Assembly: GCA_965235115.1 (NCBI GenBank)
Contig: OZ249436.1
Span: 51,152,001 to 51,212,000 of the forward strand
DNA: 60,000 nt
DNA from: Laetmonice hystrix
Taxonomy: Eukaryota
Direction: 5' to 3'
In this document: one piece after another, positions 50,366 through 60,000 of the stretch
Layout of the letters: each line of letters starts with the position of its first letter
Position numbering within the stretch: position 1 is the stretch's first letter
The notes under the pieces: generated by a model
Seen by the model: only the letters and a program-made list of their open reading frames with translations
The model's database searches: none
Told to the model about the DNA's origin: nothing
Program-made: the position numbers and the translations under genes

Positions 50366-51880
50366 TTAATAGTAACTATAGCTCTAACTTGAACCATTTA
50401 CAAGTTATAGCCCTGAGAAAATATGAATGACATCCTTATGACATCACATGTCACGTGACCTAAAAAATAAAGGTGCCAAATGAAAGAGCACATGACTTCC
50501 TATTAGTGTCTAATAGTAACTATGGCTCTACCTTCAACCATTTACAAGTTATATCTCTGAGAAAATATGGCTGACATCGTTATGACGTCATAGGTCACGT
50601 GACCTAAGAAATAATGGTACCAAATTAAAGAGCATAGTATGACTGTGACTATGACTTCAACCATTTACAAGTTATATCCCTGAGAAAGTATGGATGACAT
50701 CGTCATATTCGTCTTCAATAGTAACTATGGCCCTATTTGGCACTGTTTAGAAGTTGTAGCCATAGCTAACTACACTGACCACTGTTGAAAACTTTCAGAT
50801 CACGTGATTCAGCGAATATAGGCCAAATCGCTTCTCCCTGGATGTTTCTATTAAGGTACTTGTTAGAGACTGATCATGCCCAATATTGTCAAATTTTACC
50901 AAAAAAATGGAGAAGGTCAAAGGTCAAATGAAAGGTCAATTCAAATGAAAGGTTTCGGAAATTTTCAATATGAGCTTAAAAAAGTGGCCTCAATGTACAA
51001 ATCACGTTTGACGTCATGACGTCATAACATGACGTCTCGTGACCTGAAAAATAATGGTGCCAAATGAAAGAGCATGACTTCCTATTCGTGTTCAATCAAT
51101 AGTAACTATAGTCTGTTCACTCTAAGAAGAGCTCGACCTCGGCATCATTAAAGCTATTACTTCATTTGGGGTAATACAGAACCACGTGGAATTTGGTCAT
51201 ATTCTTGAATGACAGGCGGTGATGACTTGTGATACGCCAGCTGTGGGTAGACGGGAGGAGGGGGCAGGTCAGAGCTTTAATGAGGCCGAGGTCGAGCTCT
51301 TCTTAGAGCGAACAGACTATAGCCCTATCTGGCACTGTTTAGATGTTGTAGCCATATATAGCTCCCTAGATGTATTGAAAACTTCAAGGTCACGTGGTTC
51401 AGCGTAAATAGGACAAATCCTTAAAAATAGTGGTGCCAAACGAAAGATCACATCACTTCCTATTTGTGTACAATAATAACTATGGCCCTTTATGACAAGC
51501 ATCTTCGAGTTCTAGCCATAGATTTAAACTAGGCACTGTTGAAAACTTCAATGTCACGTGACTCCGCGAAAATAGGTCAAATCGCTTATCCTTGGATGAT
51601 TATTGAGAAGCTCTTGTCAGATAGTCCTTCTGCCAAATATTGTCAAGTTTTATCAAAAAATGAAGAAGAAGTCGACTTACGACCTAGGAGCATTTTGGAG
51701 CACAAAATAAGCTATTCAATGACCCTAAGGTCAAAGGTCAAATAAAGGGTCAGTCTTTGGCAAGACCCTTGCCTAATCAAAACGCCTTGACAGATATTGT
51801 AAATTCCCAATACGAACTTTAAAAATGGCCCCCAATGTCCCAGAAATTTGACGTCATGACGTTACGTCACGTGACATCAT
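50366..51880. mobile_element. Degenerate internally repetitive non-autonomous element (GTCACGTGAC / TGACGTCA / AAGGTCA-rich); a related piece lies at 47870-48030
   Basis: Repeated aatagtaactat(a/g)gctcta...ccatttacaagttatatccctgagaaa...tgacgtcataggtcacgtgacct units. Confidence 0.7.
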
Positions 51881-52779
51881 GACAGTGATGTCGGAACAGG
51901 GGTGCCAGGGGTGCCATCCCCCCCCCCCCCACTTTTAAAAGTGTGGGGGGGGGGCATAGGCTACTATGGTTTGGCCCCCCACTTTTCATGGCTGTATTGT
52001 TCAACACTATACAGCTGAGTTGAGTGACACAGTCGGATAATAATACTGTGTTCCCAGATGCCATGAAAACGCGTATTTGGCACTTTAATTTTCTTTTTTT
52101 TTTCTAGGGGAGGACCCCCAGAACCCCCCCCCCCCTCCCCGGCTCGAGTCTTGGCGCCTTCGGCGCTCCCATGACCAGCATTTCAAATCTTGGAATTTGG
52201 GACCTGTCTCTCAGTGTAGGTGTAGCTAGCCTACGTAGGCCCTAGTAAGCCTCAGTCAGTGAGGCTTACGACCACTCAGTGTTAAAAATTTGTGTGTCAG
52301 TGGCAGCGCAAACTCATGTACCGATCAACTCACCGGCATCCATTTATCGGCGGCAACGTCTTCTTTTAGTTGTTTGACAAGTATTTTAAGGATAAAACAT
52401 CAAATTTCGAAGTGTCGTACTGCTGCGGCTTCCGTGGCCTGTTTATGTCCCAGCATGCATCTCTCTGACCTAGCAAGGTCCCCTGCTCTACGTATGTCAT
52501 AACATAGCGGACGCGTCTGTTAGGCAGGGTACCAGGCTACTCCCTAACCCGGGAGGTCAAAATGGCCGCGATAGGCAGAGAGCGAAATTCGTCGATTCCA
52601 GTCTTTGTGCTGCCCTTATTATGTCAGTCTCGTCGCGCTTTCCAAACTTGGAAATAAGTGTGATAAGTTACTTTAAGTGTGTAGGGCCTATATTCAGTCC
52701 AGATATATGGGCAGGGGAGGGGTTTTCATGGTGGTTGGATTATTTGACCGAACACACCAGGAACTTGCACTACGGGGCG

Positions 52780-53010
52780 TCCGTCTCTGTATACGGTAGT
52801 ACAGAGATGGATACTCTGTCTGAGGTGTAGCATGCCCTCAAAGATGCTCAACTGAAGCTGGAGACTGCGTCTTGCTGGACCGTGACCTTTCTGAAACGCC
52901 CTCTTGTGGCGAATACGAAGACTAGAGATGCGTCTGAGGAGAGCATCCATCTGGTCACAGGACTTGTTGACTTGTGCTTCAAGGTGGCTGGACTCAGACA
53001 TGTTGTACAA
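52780..53010 (-). pseudogene. Fragment of a small helical protein gene, possibly TE- or virus-derived
   Basis: Protein-like reading SHLEAQVNKSCDQMDALLRRISSLRIRHKRAFQKGHGPARRSLQLQLSIFEGML in an otherwise repeat-filled region; no clear splice context. Confidence 0.4.
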
Positions 53011-53195
53011 CCCGTAAAATTTCCTGTATGTGTAAAACTACCACAATATGTAAAAATATTTGCCCGTATATGTAAAACCCCCGCAATATGTAAAAATTCT
53101 GCCCGTATATGCAAAAACCTTCGTTTCCCCAATATGTAAAATTCTGCCTGTATACATGTATATGTAAAATTGATTCTTACCCGTATATGTAAAAT
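53010..53195. repeat. Short ~20-25-bp tandem repeat
   Basis: cccgtatatgtaaaa / caatatgtaaaa repeated about 9 times. Confidence 0.85.
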
Positions 53196-53389
53196 TTCTC
53201 CCCTTAAATATAAAAGAAATTACCGATGAATATAAAATTGAGAAATTAACAGCTGGTTCGTGCAGCAATAAAAATACATGAAAATAAATTATTATTTAAT
53301 AGAGGGCTAACTTGTTAATATGAAAATTGATATTGGAGGATAAAAACTGTATTGGGGATTTGGTCCAGTAGTTCCGGAGAAGCTACTTG

Positions 53390-54308
53390 ATACCCTAGTC
53401 ACACTAGAGGCGGAATGAGCCAGAATGCTGTCGGAATGAAAATTCTTGGTATATTCCTGGATATTCGAAGTGCATTCTAAAAGTTCTGACTGAATTCTGA
53501 GTGCATTCCAAATATTCGGGCCCATTCTTGTGGCCCGCCCGAATGTTTTGCTCATGCTCAAAACTTTCGAGGTGCATTCGAAGGGGAAAAATATCGAACG
53601 GCATTCGAAGTGTATTCTAAATGCACTCTGACTCCATTCTAAATATTCTTACGGCATTCCAACAGCATTCGAAACATTCTGATCGCATTCGAGGCAGAAT
53701 CGAAACGGCAAGCCACTTCAAATCCTGCCAGAATGTCCCGAATGCGCCTCGAATGAGCCGGAATGCACCTCGAATGCATCTCGATTGTTGCCGGAATCTA
53801 TACTCGAAGATTCGTGTTACATTCTAAGTACATTCGAAGTGCATTCTAAGTATTCGAGCTGCATTCTGTTTGAATTTTTGGACGTTCGAACCATATTCGG
53901 CGGCCATTCCGGCAGCGTTCTGACTGCATTTGAGGTGAATTCGTACAGCATTCGAGGCACCTTCCATCCAGACATCGGGCGGTATTTGGGCAGCAATCGA
54001 ACCGCACTCGTACGGCATTCGAGGTGCATTCTAAATATTCTGACTGCATTCTAACAATATTCTAAATATTCCTACTGTGTTCCAACTACATTCGAGATGC
54101 ATTCGAGCTAATACACCCGGAATGTACAAGAATCATTCGAGGCGGGTTCGAAGCGCATTCTAGGTATTCAAACGCTATTCTTACAAAGCTGTAAGAATTT
54201 TGGTCAATTTGAAATTCCCTCCCGAATGTGGCGCGAATTTTGAGAATTCTTCATTCCGGCTGGTTCTGCTTGATTCCTGCTGATTCCGAATAAGTGTGAC
54301 GGGGGTAT
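53390..54308. mobile_element. ~920-bp non-autonomous TIR element with (G)CATTCGAA-rich interior
   Basis: ataccctagtcacact...cggaat / attccg...agtgtgacgggggtat termini. Confidence 0.75.
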
Positions 54309-55054
54309 AAAGTAGTAGGCCTAAAAAGTAGTGGGAAACTATGGAGTTTCTTTTTTTGATACACTGTTTCGAGTCCTAACTTATAGGGCTAATTATCACA
54401 TGCAGGACTGGCCTACTCGCGGTGGTCTAGGCCTATCTCCGCGGAGTCAATGAGAGGGGTGAAATGGGTGTAATAATATCTGGATGTTGTAACAAAGTGG
54501 TACAAGGGTTTTGCTCGACGCCGACGGTTAGATGTAGGCCTACCCACCTCTTGATAGCGCTCCCTACTCGCCCCAAGAAAAATAATTAAAACTATATAGG
54601 CTAGGCCTAATTAAAATCCAGAATCAACCATTTTTAGAGGTCTTTTCCTAGAAGAAAGATGACAGAAGGCCCATGCACATTAGGCGCCTATGTTAGCAGA
54701 ACATGAACTGAGGGTTGCCTTCGGCCTCCAGTAGCCCAATGTATTTGGACCGAGGTCGGCCGTGCACTGCGGATGCCGTATTTTTACGGCCGGCCAACAA
54801 ACAGTTCTCTATACGCCACTGACGTCAGGGGGCCGACTGGTGACTGAGTGTGGGCCCGGCCGGTCGACATACACTGCCAGGTTTCCGGGCGAGACCGGCC
54901 CACAGCATAGATCGAGGGTCTATAGCGGATCCAGGCGGGCCCCGTGTTCGGATCGTACGGTGGGCGGTGAGGTTTCCACTCAAACAGGAGAGTCCAGCAA
55001 ACACGGACGGTACAATTAGAGGTCTACACGTGTCCACGTTACAGTGTCGTCGAC

Positions 55055-58000
55055 ATGAATCCAGGATCGGAAACGCTCCACGTGCGGCTCCAGCGCAGTG
55101 GCCAGCAGCCGTGGGGATTCCGGCTCCAGGGTGGGGCCGACTTCTCCGTACCGTTATCCATCCAGCTGGTATGTAGGCCTCAGGCCGTCCTAGGCCCAGG
55201 CCCGGCACATTTGAGAACCGCTGATCACTTCAATAAGGCGCAACACACTTTCGCGAACATGGCCTATTTTTAGTACCTGGCCTCTATAGCCGACGACGGA
55301 TCTTGTGTTGGGATTTCCCGTTTGCTAGTGGAACTGCCCATACTCAAGTCCCATAATGAAATATTGTGGCTATAAGACCTGTATAGGCCTACGCCTACTC
55401 TCCCGGTGAACTAATCCCAGTTATATATAAATTCAGGTACAGGTGTAACATTATTTTATTGGCAAATTTTGAAGGAAAGTAAGCTTAGTCCTAGACGATC
55501 TATCTTAGCGAAATATTCTTGGTGGTATAACTATAGGGCCGAGATCTGTCGTAAATTTATGCCTAGGTGAAACAGACCTCAAGCTCCATTATTCGTAAAG
55601 TTATATATACTTTTGTTTGGATGTAAAGTGGTGGGTCCATATCATTGTTCTCCCAATGCCGCCCGGTGCAGTGAAGTTACATGTGCCTGCTGTCTGTGTC
55701 CCGCCGCGAGTATGGTCGTCTGCTCGGCGACGGCCGGCCGGCTGGCTGGCCCCGCCAAATATGGGCCACGAGGAATTCCTGGGATATCTGGGGCGTATCA
55801 GTCACGTCTGACCAAAGATGTATGTCATCATGCCCACAACACAACTGTCGCCTGTGTTTGTCTACCTGGCGATTGTACGTGGTATAGGTATGGGGGTAAT
55901 AATGCTCTCTGGGGTCCGTCAATACCCGGGGCATGTAAGGGCACATGGCCGAGCGGGTCACGACCTTCCGTAAGGTCACACCAAGCCACGTGCATGTAAG
56001 GTGTATGGGGTAAGTGGAGTATAGGCCTAGCCCTATATTGTAGGCCTAATCCGTGCATTTCGACTGAAATAGTGAATAGGCCTATGAAAAAGGCATTCTT
56101 ATACCAACAGCTAAGCCTTTAGGCCTAATTATAATGACTACAATAGGCACTTCACCTGGTTGGCATGGCACCAGAATTATTTCCGGTGATAACTTTGTTC
56201 CTGCGTCCAACATCAGTCCGCCAGCTCTATAGTTACACACAAATGTATATATAGGCGTAAGTCTGTAGGCCTGATTTATTCTCCGTTGAATTACCTTCCT
56301 CCAGCCAGATTCACCAATCATATAATATTATAAGCTTGGAAGAGTAGTGGGACTTGATAGAATGATAGGCCTACTTGTCGTGTTTTAGCCAAAGAAGCCA
56401 GTATCAAGTATTATCAACATGTATAGGCCTTCTTATCATGCTATGTAATCCATAATATATTACTTCTGCTCCACAAGTTTTAATGTACCGGCGTCACCTG
56501 TAGCCGCCTCTGTAACACAATATGTCAGCGTAGTGTCTTTCAGAGGAAATATATCCATCATTTCCCCTTGAAAAATCTACATAGTATGTGCCTGTGTAAT
56601 ATTCCTTGTGTTTTACTTGTGTTAGGTAAACCCTGGGAGTTTGGCCCAACAGTACAATGTCCACCCTGGTGATGCTGTCCTGGCTATCAACGGTAAGGAT
56701 ACGGCCACGCTCGACCACGAGGCCGCCAAGTACGAGATTCTTATGGCACAGAGTGAACTCAACCTTGTCCTACAGAGGTAAGTCAAGCTTCGATATATTC
56801 AGGAATTTGGGGAACTCTATAGCAGTAGGCTAGAAATAATTTTGTAATCTCTTTAATTCAATCTCTTTTTTTCTTTAGTCAGGTTACTGGAGTCTTGGAC
56901 CTTATACTTCCGCAACTTTTTATCAGCTGTCCTAGTAAGCCCAAAAGCTCAAAGGTGGCCTAGGTAGTTTGCTGAGTTTGACTTTACACCCCCACCCCAC
57001 AGCTGCCGATTCTGACATAGTTTTTAGCCGTATACATCCCCACTGATAAATAACTTTGACCCTGACAGTGGTAATGTCAATACCCAGTCCCTGGAATTCA
57101 TACAGTGATCCTGAGTTGTGGAGCGTATGGACAGCGAGAAGAGATTACTTCATGCTGATATATGGGACAGATAGATAACAATAAACTCTGCATCATCCAA
57201 TCGTACATAATAGCGGCGGCCCGTGACAAATATAGCCAACTATTTATCACAAATATAGCCAACTATTTATCACAAATATAGCCAACTATTTATCACAAAT
57301 ATAGCCACAAATATAGCCAACTATTTATCACAAACATAGCCAACTATTTATCACAAACAGAGCCAACTATTTATCACAAATAGAGCCAACTGTTTATCAC
57401 AAATATAGCCAAATATTTATCACAAATATAGCCAACTATTTATCACAAATATAGCCAACTATTTATCACAAATATAACCAACTATTTATCACAAATATAG
57501 CCAACTATTTATCACAAATATAGCCAACTATTTATCACAAATATAACCAACTATTTATCACAAATATAGCCACAAATATAGCCAACTATTTATCACAGAT
57601 ATAGCCAAATATTTATCACAAATATAACCAACTATTTATCACAAATATAGCCAACTATTTATCACAAATATAGCCAACTATTTATCACAAATATAGCCAC
57701 AAATATAGCCAACTATTTATCACAAATATAGCCAACTATTTATCACAAATATAGCCAACTATTTATCACAAATATAGCCAACTATTTATCACAAATATAG
57801 CCAACTATTTATCACAAATATAGCCAACTATTTATCACAAATATAGCCACAAATATAGCCAACTATTTATCACAAATATAGCCAACTATTTATCACAAAT
57901 ATAGCCAACTATTTATCACAAATATAGCCAACTATTTATCACAAATATAGCCAACTATTTATCACAAATATAGCCAACTATTTATCACAAATATAGCCAC

Positions 58001-59723
58001 AAATATAGCCAACTATTTATCACAAATATAGCCAACTATTTATCACAAATATAGCCAACTATTTATCACAAATATAGCCACAAATATAGCCAACTATTTA
58101 TCACAAATATAGCCAAATATTTATCACAAATACAGCCAACTATTTATCACAGGGGGTGGGGTACACGAATCCACATCCCCAGTTAAACCCTGAGCCAATA
58201 CCTAAACGATAGACCGTAATAGTTATAACAGTGGGGCCAGCATCCCAGAATTTTGGAAGGAGGGGCGGGTGTTCAAGGGGGAATTCTGACGAAGGGAGAT
58301 CCAACTTCGTCTATTTAGAAAGTTCAATGAGAAAAACAGGATGGGTTGGTGTCAAAAAGGAGTGCCATCCCCCTGCCGCCCCCAATCCGCCTATATGCAT
58401 TTCATCCACATGGCACATGTTTTATATGAGCAGTTCTGTAGGGCTACATGTGTACAGGGATTGGAGTACCACTAGCCAGCTTCTCGAGGCCTGTATCTGA
58501 GACACCTTGAGACGCCCGCCTCCCTGACAGGCGGGTCCCGGTAGGCCTACCCGGTACACATACCTGCATGGGCAGGTGTAGTCTGAGTACTCAGGGGGAC
58601 CGGGCGACCTGATAGGACCCCAGCCCAGACTGTGGGGGCGGAGAGCTGAAATACACCCCTCCCTATACCCCTCTCAACCTCTAGCCTCACTGCCGGGTAA
58701 TTCCAGAGGTTGGGGAAGTGCTCTCTCCCTCTTCCTTCTCCTATACTCACCTATCTCTCCTCTTGCGAGTGTAGGTCCCGCCAGTAAGCAACGCTCTCTT
58801 CCCGCACCTAGACGCCTAAACATCCATGTTTATAGTACCCACTCTGCCAACCTCCTCCTGTGCAGGCTATCCCCAAGGAATTCCCCCATTAATCCACTAA
58901 AAACATTACCAGGAACAACTATTATTAAATCATACAATGTATTAAACGTTGCAACTATAGGTCTATAATTGCCATCAGGAGACATTTATAATTAGGAACT
59001 CCCGAGTTGAGCAGTACATGTACAAAATGAACTCCTCCATGGCGGGAAGCTGCTGATTCAGCATGATGGTAGACTATTGTACTCCCACCGCTACCGCAGG
59101 GAACATAATGTAAAAAACGCCAACATTATGCTGAACCAGGAGAAAAATAATAAATAAACAAAATCAACAGGCGCCTTGACTTCAGGTAAACCTTTGAGGG
59201 AGAGACAGTGTATCCTGTGTGGGTGTTTGTGTGTAAAAGGTAAAGTAAAGAAAAATATTATTTGGGCTTGGTAAGGGTACTTGTTCCTCTTGACTTGGTT
59301 ACTTTATATACATACGTTTGTATTTACTCGGCTAGGACTAATACTTAGGTCTTTCTTGACCTGGTGACCCCAGAGAAACGCTGTAACTGCTGTAACAGTG
59401 CAATATGTTTTCCAAAGTCCATGTGAATCTTACTTTTTATGGTTATCATGCATGGACACGGAATTGACAACGGAGGGTAAAGACTGTGCAAATTAAATTT
59501 GGAGATTTCCAGGGTAGCCTATATGTTAGATTAAGATTGATTATTAAAACATTCAGACATTAATAATAACTTTCTAACTTTATAACTTTGCAGGGGAGCA
59601 GTCAATATTTGGAAACCCAAAGTTACGCCACTTTCTGAGTTAAAACCATCTGAAATACGCCAAATACCAGGAACAGAAGGTGAAGTTTATGTACAGAGAA
59701 CTTCATTAGCAGCAGACAAAAGG
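55055..59723 (+). CDS. Zasp52-like: Zasp52-like PDZ(-LIM) Z-disc protein, first three coding exons (55055-55168, 56626-56777, 59594-59723); continues beyond the window
   Basis: MNPGSETLHVRLQRSGQQPWGFRLQGGADFSVPLSIQL-VNPGSLAQQYNVHPGDAVLAINGKDTATLDHEAAKYEILMAQSELNLVLQR-GAVNIWKPKVTP...VQRTSLAADKR. PWGFRLxGG is the ALP/Enigma PDZ signature, and the WxPxVTP...TSLA continuation matches Zasp52 as recalled. Junctions are GT-AG and phase-consistent. Confidence 0.93.
55264..55764 (+). promoter_or_regulatory. Candidate muscle enhancer in Zasp intron 1: MEF2 site and CArG box
   Basis: CTATTTTTAG at 55264-55273 and CCAAATATGG at 55755-55764 are exact MEF2 and SRF consensus matches, in or next to a CpG-rich patch. 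Confidence 0.6.
57226..58151. repeat. 23-bp minisatellite (~38 units plus interspersed 12-bp half units) in Zasp intron 2
   Basis: acaaatatagccaactatttatc repeated, with occasional acaaatatagcc. Confidence 0.98.
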
Positions 59724-60000
59724 GTAAGTTGACATTCACTTCAACTGGAAACTTGAAGGATGGGCAGGAAATGTGCCGATTTTGTTTTTACAATCTGTGA
59801 AAGATTGTCAACTCCTTTAAATTTCATACATTTCTGCCAATTTATATTATATATGCAGAACAAGGTATACCTCAATCTCAGAGCTGTTTAAATTATTTAA
59901 AACGATTTCACTGGATCATGGAAAATGACACTGATTGGATATTGGGGCTTTTAAATAAGCATGTTTGAAATAGCACAAAGTTGAGCAACCCTTGTTTTTT

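Overview
Eukaryotic (invertebrate-type, intron-rich, about 40% GC) genomic DNA; no prokaryotic operons, rRNA, intact tRNA or CRISPR arrays were seen. Four protein-coding loci can be reconstructed by hand: (i) a 3-exon minus-strand gene for an unrecognised 110-aa protein (19647-21078); (ii) a plus-strand single coding exon for an unrecognised ~386-aa protein (26238-27398); (iii) a complete 13-coding-exon minus-strand annexin A7/A11-like gene (30655-43722, ~542 aa, GYPQ-rich tail plus four intact annexin repeats); (iv) the first three exons of a plus-strand Zasp52-like PDZ(-LIM) gene (55055 onward). The first ~10.9 kb is a near-perfect 2555/2556-bp tandem array. It appears to be an amplified exon-intron module of a decayed minus-strand transcription unit with a duplicated E2F/NRF1-type promoter at 15.0-15.7 kb. 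Introns and intergenic DNA hold many non-autonomous TIR elements, a tRNA-derived Pol III-type repeat and several minisatellites. The most unusual items are one annexin intron whose donor and acceptor sites have both been tandemly amplified into stop-containing decoys, a nested and templated-copy TE complex that preserves a pre-insertion site, a possible internal start for a tail-less annexin, and strong enrichment of the palindrome TAGGCCTA. All calls are from manual reading; no searches were run.
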